From Candidatus Saccharimonadota bacterium (GTDB taxonomy: Bacteria; Patescibacteriota; Saccharimonadia; Saccharimonadales; Saccharimonadaceae): a DNA stretch of 32,000 nucleotides. The stretch is from NCBI GenBank assembly GCA_000503915.1, contig CP006915.1:360001-392000 (forward strand), given 5' to 3'. The notes under the pieces were generated by a model. The model did no database searches. It saw only the letters and a program-made list of their open reading frames with translations, and was not told where the DNA came from. This document shows positions 23,990-31,889 of this stretch, piece after piece. The position numbers and the translations under genes are program-made. Positions within the stretch are counted from its first letter, which is position 1. The number at the start of each line of letters is the position of its first letter.

Positions 23990-24331
23990 GTGGAGTATGA
24001 ACTAACCGTTCTAATTCATCCGGATCTAGAAAGTGATCTGGAAAAGCCGCTGACGAAGGTCCGCGAGCTCATCAAAAGTACCGGTGGTACGATTAAAAAC
24101 GAAGATGTCTGGGGTAAGAAAAAGCTGGCTTACCGCATTAAGAAAGAAGACTTTGCTGTCTATGTGTGTTTTGAAGTAGAGCTACCCGCCGATGCGCCGC
24201 TCAAAATTTCCAACACGCTCAATATTACCGACGAAGTATTACGCTACCTACTGGTGAAGGTAGATGAAAAAGAACGCAAGGCGCTAGCCGCCGCCAAAAA
24301 GAACGCTGGAGAAGACAGCGAGGAGGAGTAG
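23990..24331 (+). CDS. rpsF: 30S ribosomal protein S6
   Basis: (M)EYELTVLIHPDLE..., WGKKKLAYRIKK and an acidic C-terminus. GTG start with SD AAAGGAG 6 nt upstream. Conserved rpsF-ssb-rpsR order. Confidence 0.9.
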   Translation: MEYELTVLIHPDLESDLEKPLTKVRELIKSTGGTIKNEDVWGKKKLAYRIKKEDFAVYVCFEVELPADAPLKISNTLNITDEVLRYLLVKVDEKERKALAAAKKNAGEDSEEE

Positions 24332-24334
24332 ACC

Positions 24335-24781
24335 ATGGCTCGTTCAATTAACCAAGTAATCCTGATGGGGCGTCTGACGCGTGATCCGGAAATGCGCACC
24401 ACCACGACTGGCAAGAGTATCGCAAGCTTTGGGCTGGCGGTTGACCGCAATACGCAGGACGACCAAGCGGACTTTTTCGATATTACCGCCTGGGAGAAAC
24501 TCGGCGAACTAGCAAATCAGTACTTAAGTAAAGGTCGCCGTTGCCTCGTACAGGGACGCTTGCGCCAAGACAGCTGGGACGACAAGGAAACGGGTAAGAA
24601 ACGCTCACGCGTTGAAGTCGTGGCGACAGATATTACCTTTCTCGATGGCCCAAATAGTAGCGACAATGGCGGCGGAAATGCCCCAGCAAGTAGCAATTCA
24701 TCTTCGAGCAAAAAGTCTGACGACGTCGTGATCGAAGAGATTGATGATAAACCAATTGATTTAAGTGAAATTCCATTCTAG
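24335..24781 (+). CDS. ssb: single-stranded DNA-binding protein
   Basis: OB-fold N-terminus INQVILMGRLTRDPEMRTTTTGKSIASFGLAV, a Gly/Ser-rich linker, and the acidic tip DDKPIDLSEIPF. Confidence 0.95.
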   Translation: MARSINQVILMGRLTRDPEMRTTTTGKSIASFGLAVDRNTQDDQADFFDITAWEKLGELANQYLSKGRRCLVQGRLRQDSWDDKETGKKRSRVEVVATDITFLDGPNSSDNGGGNAPASSNSSSSKKSDDVVIEEIDDKPIDLSEIPF

Positions 24782-24794
24782 GAGAATATAATTT

Positions 24795-24998
24795 ATGGCA
24801 CCAAAACGATACAAAAAAGCTGCATCGATGTACTTTGACTATAAAGACGTCAAAACCTTGCAGCGTTACATCAATGCATACGGACAGATTGAAAGCATTG
24901 CTAAAACTGGCTTGAGCCTGAAGCAGCAGCGTCAGCTCGCTGTGGCGATCAAGCGAGCTCGTCACTTGGCACTACTCCCATTTGTTGCATCAAATTAA
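24795..24998 (+). CDS. rpsR: 30S ribosomal protein S18
   Basis: [51 protein letters not shown] is the canonical S18 core. Confidence 0.95.
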   Translation: MAPKRYKKAASMYFDYKDVKTLQRYINAYGQIESIAKTGLSLKQQRQLAVAIKRARHLALLPFVASN

Positions 24999-25010
24999 GG
25001 AAACTACTTC

Positions 25011-25220
25011 ATGGGCGAAAAAAGACTTCACCACGATGATGAGTGGGGGTGGGACGAAGACTCAAATACAGAAGACGAACCGCGGGTGAGAATCCCTGAG
25101 ATTCCTAAAGGAGTCATTATTACAGCTGCCATTGGGCTTTCAGCGACAGCGCTCGGGCTCGGCATTAAACGGCTATACGATAAAGCACACGAAGGAAAAG
25201 GTGATGTATCAACCGACTGA
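25011..25220 (+). CDS. small hypothetical protein with one TM helix
   Basis: 69 aa. SD AAGGAAA about 8 nt upstream of the ATG. Acidic N-terminus, then the hydrophobic segment GVIITAAIGLSATALGLGI. The 3' end overlaps the efp start by 17 nt. Confidence 0.5.
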   Translation: MGEKRLHHDDEWGWDEDSNTEDEPRVRIPEIPKGVIITAAIGLSATALGLGIKRLYDKAHEGKGDVSTD

Positions 25221-25764
25221 CTTAAAGAAAGGTACTGTTATCCAGCTCGACGGCACGCCGTATCGAGTGACAGAGTATGGTCAAAAAGTTATGGGACGTG
25301 GCGGATCGATCGTCAATGTACGCCTGAAGAATCTACTCGATGGTAGTGTGGTGCCAAAAACGTTTAAGGGAGCCGATAAAATTGAGCCAGCAGAGGTGAA
25401 CACAAAAAGTGTTCAATACCTCTACAACGATAGCGACACCTACTTCTTTATGGATCCGGAAAGTTTTGAACAATTTGAACTTTCTTCAGAGGTTGTCGAT
25501 ACGGCGAGTGACTACTTAAAAGAAGGCGATATGCTCGGTCTACAATTCTTCGCTGGTCGTGTTATCAACGTCGAACTACCTAAAAATATCTACCTCGAAG
25601 TGACCTATGCCGAGGATATCGTGAAAGGTGATACGACCAGTGCGGTTATGAAAGACGCCACGCTTGAAACCGGGCTTAAGATTCGTGTACCAGCTTTTAT
25701 TAAGACCGGTGATATTGTTTCGGTCGATACCGCTACGGGTGAGTACCGCGAACGGAAGAAATAA
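25204..25764 (+). CDS. efp: elongation factor P
   Basis: Aligns by eye along its whole length with E. coli EF-P (LDGTPYRV..., YLYND, GDT, VPAFIKTGDIVSVDTATGEYRER). ATG 25204 is preceded by GAAGGAAAAGG. Confidence 0.93.
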   Translation: MYQPTDLKKGTVIQLDGTPYRVTEYGQKVMGRGGSIVNVRLKNLLDGSVVPKTFKGADKIEPAEVNTKSVQYLYNDSDTYFFMDPESFEQFELSSEVVDTASDYLKEGDMLGLQFFAGRVINVELPKNIYLEVTYAEDIVKGDTTSAVMKDATLETGLKIRVPAFIKTGDIVSVDTATGEYRERKK

Positions 25765-25765
25765 T

Positions 25766-26482
25766 ATGAAACAGCGCTTGGACGTGCTGATGGTAAAACG
25801 CTGGTTGGCGCAGTCTCGCTCCCAAGCTGAGAACCTGATCCGACTCGGTCAGGTTATGGTGAACGGGGTGCCAGTGCAAAAAGCTGGTCATTTCGTTTTG
25901 GAGACCGACGACATTTCTCTCTCGAGCGATGAACGTTACGTCTCACGTGCCGGTTTGAAGCTGGCGAGTGTGAGCCAGGCGCTCGGTCTTGATTTCCAAA
26001 CTAAGACCGTACTTGACGTCGGTTCGAGTACCGGCGGATTTACCGATTATGCGTTGCAGCATGGTGCTAGGAAAGTGTTTGCCGTTGATGTCGGTACGGA
26101 GCAGTTGCACCCGTCACTGAGAGGTAACTCTGCTATTGAGTTGCATGAAAAGACCGATATCCGTGATTTTAGGCCGACCGAGCCAGTCGATATAGTGGTG
26201 ATGGACGTGAGTTTCATTAGCTTGCGGGAGGTTCTACCGCAGATTGCTACGTTTTGTTCGCCAACTACTCAGGTCGTGGCGATGCTCAAACCGCAATTTG
26301 AAGCAGGCCGCCAGCAGATAAACAAAGGTATTATCAAAAATGATGCGATCCGTCGCCAGATCCTAAAAGATTTTGAAGCTTGGGTAAGACGGTATTTTGT
26401 CATCCAGGATAAAAAAGACAGCGAGGTGCATGGTAGCAAGGGCAATCGCGAGCGATTTTACTTACTGAAAATTATTTCGTGA
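25766..26482 (+). CDS. tlyA: TlyA-family rRNA 2'-O-methyltransferase
   Basis: N-terminal S4 domain (RLDVLMVKRWLAQSRSQAENLIRLGQVMVNG) and an FtsJ-like SAM motif VLDVGSSTGGFTDYAL. ATG 25766 lies 1 nt after the efp stop. Confidence 0.88.
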   Translation: MKQRLDVLMVKRWLAQSRSQAENLIRLGQVMVNGVPVQKAGHFVLETDDISLSSDERYVSRAGLKLASVSQALGLDFQTKTVLDVGSSTGGFTDYALQHGARKVFAVDVGTEQLHPSLRGNSAIELHEKTDIRDFRPTEPVDIVVMDVSFISLREVLPQIATFCSPTTQVVAMLKPQFEAGRQQINKGIIKNDAIRRQILKDFEAWVRRYFVIQDKKDSEVHGSKGNRERFYLLKIIS

Positions 26483-27554
26483 CGTTGAAGCGGAATTCGA
26501 CCACGTCACCGGGCTGCATGATATACTCCTTGCCCTCGGTGCGCATTTTGCCTGCGGCGCGGGCAGCTACTTCCGAACCAGCCGCGACCAGATCATCAAA
26601 ATCGACAATTTGGGCGGCGATAAAACCTTTTTCAAAATCACTGTGAATAACACCGGCGGCTTGTGGTGCAGTCGCACCTTTATGAATCGTCCAAGCACGG
26701 ACTTCTTTTTCGCCGGCGGTTAAGTAGCTTTGCAGGCCAAGCGTATCGTAGGCTGTTTTGATCATCTGGCGAAGGCCAGTTTCAGCGACTCCGTAACTTT
26801 CGAGTAGTTCTTTTGCGTCGGCTTCATCGAGTCCTTTGATCTCTTCTTCGAGCTTGGCGCAGACAAAGAGGCAGTGGGCGGGCGCAACTAGGCTCGTGAG
26901 GTCATGTTGTTTTGCGCTATCGGCCAGGGTGGCTTCGTCAACGTTAAAGGCATAAATAACTGGCTTGGCCGTGAGCAAGTGCAGGTCAGCGATCATTTCA
27001 TAGTCTAAGCTGGGGAGGGCAGATAATGGAGTGCCACCTTCGAGGTGTCGCTTGAGGGACTCGAGGTACTGCACCTGCTCACGCGCTGCAGGACGAGCTT
27101 TTGCTTCTTTTGTCAGTTTCGGAATGCGACTGTCAATACTTTGCAAGTCAGCTAAGATGAGCTCGGTGTTAATAATCTCGATATCAGCTTTCGGATTTAC
27201 CGACCCGTTGTCGTGGCGCAGAATGTCATCATTTTCAAAAGCGCGGACGATGTGCACGATCGCATCGCCCTCGCGGATATTAGCAAGGAATTTATTTCCT
27301 AGGCCTTCACCCTTTGAGGCGCCAGCCACGAGACCGGCGATATCGACGAAGGTGACGGTTGCAGGGATGACTTTCTGGGCCGAATACATTTTTTCCAAGG
27401 TCGCCAAGCGATCGTCTGGTACTGGTACAATACCGGTATTTGGCTCGATTGTCGCAAATGGGTAGTTGGCGGCCAAGATATCATTATTAGTAAGTGCATT
27501 AAAAAGCGTCGATTTGCCGACGTTTGGTAGACCAACGATGCCAATGGTTAACAT
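26472..27554 (-). CDS. ychF: ribosome-binding ATPase YchF
   Basis: G1 motif IGIVGLPNVGKSTLFNALT, the full Obg-like GTPase/TGS architecture, and the C-terminal GDVVEFRFNV. 360 aa. Confidence 0.95.
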   Translation of the reverse strand: MLTIGIVGLPNVGKSTLFNALTNNDILAANYPFATIEPNTGIVPVPDDRLATLEKMYSAQKVIPATVTFVDIAGLVAGASKGEGLGNKFLANIREGDAIVHIVRAFENDDILRHDNGSVNPKADIEIINTELILADLQSIDSRIPKLTKEAKARPAAREQVQYLESLKRHLEGGTPLSALPSLDYEMIADLHLLTAKPVIYAFNVDEATLADSAKQHDLTSLVAPAHCLFVCAKLEEEIKGLDEADAKELLESYGVAETGLRQMIKTAYDTLGLQSYLTAGEKEVRAWTIHKGATAPQAAGVIHSDFEKGFIAAQIVDFDDLVAAGSEVAARAAGKMRTEGKEYIMQPGDVVEFRFNVTK

Positions 27555-29109
27555 TTAACACAACCTGTTCTGACGTTGGAATTGGTAATAATCCCCATAT
27601 AGTTATTTCTTCTTTCGTTGCAACAATATTTGTAACCAGTTTTTCGATTACTTTTCTCTTGTCGTTAAAGCTCAGTTTTCCTACTAATTTTACCACACCG
27701 TCAACAAGTTGTTCCAGAGGTACAGTGGGCTTGTTCATTAACTCAGCCTCAATAGCATTTAGTTCATAGACTACTGCTTCACGTTTTTCATTCAATTCTT
27801 GAACTACTTCTTTGTAAATTTTCTCAGGCATAGTACCTTTGCCATAGGCTTTCACATATCTTACCTCTTCGTCGTCAAAGGCTTTTAAGCGATTTTTTAG
27901 CTCTTCTGAGCGGTGTTCGAGTGGGGAAGCGGACTTCTGCCATCTTTGGGCTTGTTCTACGACTAGGGAAGGATTAGCAAGTAAATCTTTGACGTTCTCC
28001 CAGACTAATGAATCTAGGACAGTTACGTTGATTCCTTTTTCATAGCAGGTTCGAGGTAGAGGATATTTGTTCAGTCTATCGGTGCATCGGTAGTAAGCAC
28101 TCCCATTAGCAGGGTCGCCCGCACGAGAACAGCCACATGGACACTTAATTAGTCCTGTAAGTAAGTATTTATTCTTACTATTATTGCGTGAGTTAAGCCG
28201 TTTATTTATACCCAGTTGTACCTGCACTTTATCGAATAAAGACGGCTCTACTATTATAGGAACATCAATGGCGAGCCATTCTTCTTTGGGGCGTTGTACT
28301 CGACTGCCTTTAACTACTTTTCGATATTCTTTGTCAGGGTTCTGTGGTTTTTTGGTCTCAACTGACTCACTTTTGTTGTAGTAGTGCTTACCCATATAGG
28401 TCGTATCTCTTACTAATCGGTCAAGTGTACTGCTACTCCACTGGTCACGAAGACCTTTTGGCGGTTTCATATCTGCATCAACAAGTAGTCTTTTTACTTC
28501 ATGCTTAGATTTTCCTTCTGCAATCCAGTTGAAGATTTGACGTACAATTTCTGCTTGTTTTTCGTTTATAGAGAAGTATCCTTCTTTAGCATCTGGACCA
28601 GTTTTAACCCTGTGGTGGTAGTCATAACCAAACTTTGGATTATAGCCGAGTAGCTTCTTATTTTCACGAACTTTTCTGACCTTACCGATACGCATACGCT
28701 CTGCTATTTTTACACGTTCATATTCATGGAAAATACCCATAACACTTCCCATAAGGACTTCTTCTGTAGAAGTGCCATTGATGTCGTGTAAACTGATGCA
28801 CTCAATGCCGTTATCTTTTGCTTCGCCAAGAATAATTTCTTGATGCACATATTTTCTGGATATACGACCTCGGTCATAAAAGTATAGAATATCAAACTTT
28901 TTGCTTTGCATATCTGCCCGTAAGTCATCAAGTCCAGGTCTTTTAATAATTGCACCACTCCAACCATCATCTTTATAAATTAGGTCGGGAGATAGTACAT
29001 AACCATCAGCCAAGATTCTAGCTTCAAGTTCCATGTATTGGCTTTTAATCGTTTCTTCATCTTCTTGGTGAGCTGTACTCACACGCATATATATTGCCAC
29101 TTTTTTCAT
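27499..29109 (-). CDS. large serine recombinase (integrase)
   Basis: Resolvase-type catalytic domain VAIYMRVSTAHQ (Ser nucleophile) and DRGRISRK. Recombinase domain, zinc-ribbon CPCGC...YYRC, and a C-terminal coiled coil. The last 56 nt overlap ychF. Confidence 0.93.
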   Translation of the reverse strand: MKKVAIYMRVSTAHQEDEETIKSQYMELEARILADGYVLSPDLIYKDDGWSGAIIKRPGLDDLRADMQSKKFDILYFYDRGRISRKYVHQEIILGEAKDNGIECISLHDINGTSTEEVLMGSVMGIFHEYERVKIAERMRIGKVRKVRENKKLLGYNPKFGYDYHHRVKTGPDAKEGYFSINEKQAEIVRQIFNWIAEGKSKHEVKRLLVDADMKPPKGLRDQWSSSTLDRLVRDTTYMGKHYYNKSESVETKKPQNPDKEYRKVVKGSRVQRPKEEWLAIDVPIIVEPSLFDKVQVQLGINKRLNSRNNSKNKYLLTGLIKCPCGCSRAGDPANGSAYYRCTDRLNKYPLPRTCYEKGINVTVLDSLVWENVKDLLANPSLVVEQAQRWQKSASPLEHRSEELKNRLKAFDDEEVRYVKAYGKGTMPEKIYKEVVQELNEKREAVVYELNAIEAELMNKPTVPLEQLVDGVVKLVGKLSFNDKRKVIEKLVTNIVATKEEITIWGLLPIPTSEQVVLNVNHWHRWSTKRRQIDAF

Positions 29110-29291
29110 TGCTTTTTCCTTTTAGTACTGTCTGAAATAAACTTGGAGAGTGAGGTGGCACTTATTCGATAACCCTTACCTAATTTCACCGCTTTCAGCT
29201 TGCCGCTCTTAATGTAATTCAACACGCTTTGCCAGTGAACTTGGAGTATTTCTGCAACTTCCGCAACTGTATAAAACTTATATTCAGACAT
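29106..29291 (-). CDS. excisionase-family helix-turn-helix DNA-binding protein
   Basis: 61 aa. YTVAEVAEILQVHWQSVLNYIKSGKLKAVKLGKGYRI matches the HTH_17/MerR-like excisionase pattern. ATGA overlap with the integrase start. Confidence 0.85.
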   Translation of the reverse strand: MSEYKFYTVAEVAEILQVHWQSVLNYIKSGKLKAVKLGKGYRISATSLSKFISDSTKRKKQ

Positions 29292-29301
29292 AGTACTTAT
29301 T

Positions 29302-29329
29302 ATTATAAATAGTTATTAGTATTTGTAAA
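29302..29329 (-). promoter_or_regulatory. promoter for the HTH-integrase operon (TTTACA, 16 nt, TATAAT on the minus strand)
   Basis: The reverse complement of 29324-29329 is TTTACA and of 29302-29307 is TATAAT. The -10 box ends 10 nt before ATG 29291. Confidence 0.5.
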
Positions 29330-29331
29330 CA

Positions 29332-29481
29332 TCAATCCGTTGGATTGTTATTTTCTTCTACCATTTCGAACAGCATGTTAAATACCTGTTCAATCAGAAT
29401 CGTTTCTTTTTCTACTTGTCGATAAACGACAGTAGGTTCTTTATTTTTCTTTTTTTGCGAGTCGTTTAGAAAATCAGTCAT
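29332..29481 (-). CDS. possible small ORF (49 aa)
   Basis: My own translation of the minus strand: MTDFLNDSQKKKNKEPTVVYRQVEKETILIEQVFNMLFEMVEENNNPTD. It fills the gap between the RepA-like and HTH genes. No SD precedes it, and it is below the ORF-track size cut-off. Confidence 0.25.
   Translation of the reverse strand: MTDFLNDSQKKKNKEPTVVYRQVEKETILIEQVFNMLFEMVEENNNPTD
29333..29347. promoter_or_regulatory. perfect palindrome CAATCC-gtt-GGATTG abutting the -35 box (candidate operator or terminator)
   Basis: Inverted repeat with 6-bp arms at 29333-29338 and 29342-29347, 4 nt from the -35 hexamer of the HTH-integrase promoter. Confidence 0.3.
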
Positions 29482-29497
29482 ATATAGTAATACGTTT

Positions 29498-30490
29498 CTA
29501 ACGCACTCCTGTATCGGTTCTGATATGGTAGTAAACGGCAGTTCTTGGACCTTCGGAGGTGAAGACTAACTCATCAACGATTAGTTCTTCAAGGTATTCA
29601 CCAAGTCGATTCATACCAATCTTTTTACCATTACTCGCAAGTAACTCATAAAGCAGCTTCTTTGTAATATCCGACTCGTTAATCTTCAATGTATCGACGA
29701 TATATTGTTTGTCGTCAGCTCGTTCACTTGACCGATTTTTTTCTTCGCCTACAAACTCAAAATAACTGGTTTCGTTTTCCAAAACAAAGCGTAATTTGAA
29801 GGGTCGTATTTCTGGCATATAACGGTTTTTAGTCTGCTGAACTAAAACGTATTCACTGCCATTTTGACGGCTCATCGCCATGTGACAATCAACTGCGGCA
29901 AGTATGTCGGAACTACCTCTCATATCTCCCGATGGATTGTAGTTCCCTTGGTTAGGTTTTCGATTGTGGTGAGCGATAAGTACAGACAGCCCACTATCAG
30001 TAAGTTGTCTAAATAGGTTAAACAACTCCGACATATCTTTGGAGGCATTTTCGTCGCTTGAATGAAGTCGAACTAAAGAGTCAAACATCACTAAGCCGAT
30101 TTCTTTTTCCTTACAGATAACTAAAAGGCTTTCGACGTATGCCTCTGTTACTCTCGTATTCTGACGAGAGGTATAGTGTATCGGTAATCCTTCAACAGAG
30201 CCTAGCTGCTTAAAGCGTTCTTGTAGCATTCTAGGACCCGATTCTTCGTCTACAAATAGGACGCCTGTTTTGTTGGTACTGTACTTTCCAAAAAGGCTTC
30301 TACCTTCCGCAATGGAGAGAGTTATTTCAAGCATTAGCCACGTTTTGAACGAGCCTGGTGCTGCTGACAATATGGTCAGCCCTCCCTCTGGTATGATGCT
30401 CTCCACCGTCCACCTTGCAGTAGGGAAGTACTGCGTCATAAGTGAATCGAGTGAAGCCACATCAATTATTTTCTTTTCTGATGTAACCAT
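29498..30490 (-). CDS. RepA-like RecA-fold ATPase (AAA_25-type) with a C-terminal winged-helix-like region
   Basis: GGLTILSAAPGSFKTWLMLEITLSIAEG is a deviant Walker A, with Phe where the Gly before Lys is expected. GVLFVDEES, GLVMFDSLVRL (Walker B) and VLIAHHNRK match the RSF1010 RepA / AAA_25 pattern. SD AAGGAAA lies upstream. Confidence 0.8.
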   Translation of the reverse strand: MVTSEKKIIDVASLDSLMTQYFPTARWTVESIIPEGGLTILSAAPGSFKTWLMLEITLSIAEGRSLFGKYSTNKTGVLFVDEESGPRMLQERFKQLGSVEGLPIHYTSRQNTRVTEAYVESLLVICKEKEIGLVMFDSLVRLHSSDENASKDMSELFNLFRQLTDSGLSVLIAHHNRKPNQGNYNPSGDMRGSSDILAAVDCHMAMSRQNGSEYVLVQQTKNRYMPEIRPFKLRFVLENETSYFEFVGEEKNRSSERADDKQYIVDTLKINESDITKKLLYELLASNGKKIGMNRLGEYLEELIVDELVFTSEGPRTAVYYHIRTDTGVR

Positions 30491-30561
30491 TTTATTTCCT
30501 TGTAAGCACCATAGCGGACAAACTATTAACTACGATGCTTTTTGCTGTTTGTCTATTCTTA

Positions 30562-30591
30562 ATTGTATGCCCATTTTTGAAGAAAATGTAA
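30562..30591 (-). promoter_or_regulatory. candidate promoter for the RepA-like gene (TTACAT, 18 nt, TACAAT on the minus strand)
   Basis: The reverse complements of 30586-30591 and 30562-30567 give the hexamers. The predicted leader contains the inverted repeat GACAAAC (30517-30523) / GTTTGTC (30547-30553). Confidence 0.4.
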
Positions 30592-30631
30592 CCGAATGCG
30601 GTGCTAATTCTTGAGGTGAATAAAGATTTTT

Positions 30632-31321
30632 TTAACGATTCTTATCTGTTATTTTTACGTCCGCAAATAATTGCAGGACATTATTCTGATACCTGAGATG
30701 CTCTTTGCTAAGACCCCTTAAACCTGCTCGAAGTTTTGAAACTTTTTTGCTAAAATCGTTAATTCCATCAGGGTCTTTTACTGTTGTTCGGAGGTTTACG
30801 ACTTTCATTGCTTCCGAGCGGCTTAAACGATAATCGGGGGAGTTAAGCAATTTACCAAACAGCTTTCGGTTGTCTTTTTTCCTGTATAATTTGAAACCTT
30901 CGCCGTTGATTTTACCTTCACCAGTTTTCATTGAATAGATGATTCTAGGTAGGTTACCTTTTGAGGGTATAGACTCATCGAGTAATTTATACCGTTCGAG
31001 TAAGGCATCTACGTCTACGATAGATACTCGTATTCCGTCTAAAGTACCGAACATAGAGAGAATTTTTATAAGTCCCTGGGTTTCCAGACGTTGAAGTGTC
31101 TTTTCAATCTTTAATAATTCGTGTACTTGAAACATTGACTCTCCGCTCATTATGGAGTTTGAATCAAACGCAGGCGTAGGTATTTGTATTTTTTCTGGCT
31201 TTTTGTAGCGAGTGTACTCATCAACAATCGGAAGTAAAATCTCTAGTTCTGCCTGTTTGTCTGTTAGTGATTCGCTACTCATTATTACTATTGTATGCGA
31301 TAGCTGTTGATATGTACTCAT
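30632..31321 (-). CDS. hypothetical protein, possible winged-helix DNA-binding C-terminus
   Basis: 229 aa, Lys-rich. The C-terminal segment GFKLYRKKDNRKLFGKLLNSPDYRLSRSEAMKVV...VSKLRAGLRGL loosely resembles OmpR/PhoB-type effector domains (weak). Alternative start at ATG 31282, preceded by TACAAT 7 nt upstream. Confidence 0.6.
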   Translation of the reverse strand: MSTYQQLSHTIVIMSSESLTDKQAELEILLPIVDEYTRYKKPEKIQIPTPAFDSNSIMSGESMFQVHELLKIEKTLQRLETQGLIKILSMFGTLDGIRVSIVDVDALLERYKLLDESIPSKGNLPRIIYSMKTGEGKINGEGFKLYRKKDNRKLFGKLLNSPDYRLSRSEAMKVVNLRTTVKDPDGINDFSKKVSKLRAGLRGLSKEHLRYQNNVLQLFADVKITDKNR

Positions 31322-31395
31322 GCGAATGGTTCAAGAACTGCTAGCTGAAAATATTTCGTGAATCAAATACGGACTATCCATATTAAGATATATAC

Positions 31396-31866
31396 ATGAC
31401 GAAAGGTATTTATGGTGCGTTCAATAAAACAACGGGTGAGTGTATCTATGTTGGCAAGTCTAACAGTTCTATTACAGGTCGCTGGAATCACCACAAAAAA
31501 CTTTGGAAGGCAGGCAGACCCATACATCGCCAACCGCTACTGACCCAGTATTTATATTTCTTTGGCGACCAAGTCGAGTGGAGAATACTTTCAGAGTTGA
31601 GCGAACTCAAACCTGCTGACTGGATATATACGGACAATGATTTACTAGAAGCTGCCGAAAGAGAAATCTTCTTTCAACTTAAACCCATCGCTAATGCATA
31701 TATACCGAATGGCTGGGATACCTTGCGATTGGTGGAAAATAATGGAGAACCATATCCCATTAGCGAGTGGAATCCGTATGCTGTCGAGGTTAGGATTTCA
31801 AAGGGTCAGTTTGCTCGATTTTCTGATGATAAGCCACATTTCACCAATCCGAATATACTTTCCTAA
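31396..31866 (+). CDS. GIY-YIG domain nuclease
   Basis: GIYGAF-(x7)-ECIYVGKS gives the GIY...YVG pair at canonical spacing. It is followed by ITGRWNHH (Arg) and AAEREIFFQLKP (Glu). Divergently transcribed from the 229-aa gene. Confidence 0.7.
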   Translation: MTKGIYGAFNKTTGECIYVGKSNSSITGRWNHHKKLWKAGRPIHRQPLLTQYLYFFGDQVEWRILSELSELKPADWIYTDNDLLEAAEREIFFQLKPIANAYIPNGWDTLRLVENNGEPYPISEWNPYAVEVRISKGQFARFSDDKPHFTNPNILS

Positions 31867-31889
31867 TTCTGCTATGCAGGTATATAATA

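Noticed and set aside
26472-26482. 11-nt convergent overlap of the tlyA and ychF 3' ends
   Set aside because: This is a real feature of the sequence, but such overlaps are common in compact genomes. No hairpin or regulatory structure is evident.
27519-27587. Partial direct repeat GACGTTtGGTA (27519-27529) / GACGTTGGaattGGTA (27572-27587) flanking the ychF start, considered as an att core duplication
   Set aside because: It is short and imperfect, and serine integrases do not generate long direct repeats. The att site cannot be defined from one junction, so this is noted only as something to examine once attB and attP are reconstructed.
27555-27640. tRNA or tmRNA gene as the integration target
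   Set aside because: No cloverleaf-capable sequence or conserved T-loop (GTTCGAATC-like) motif is present at the junction. The target appears to be the ychF 5' region.
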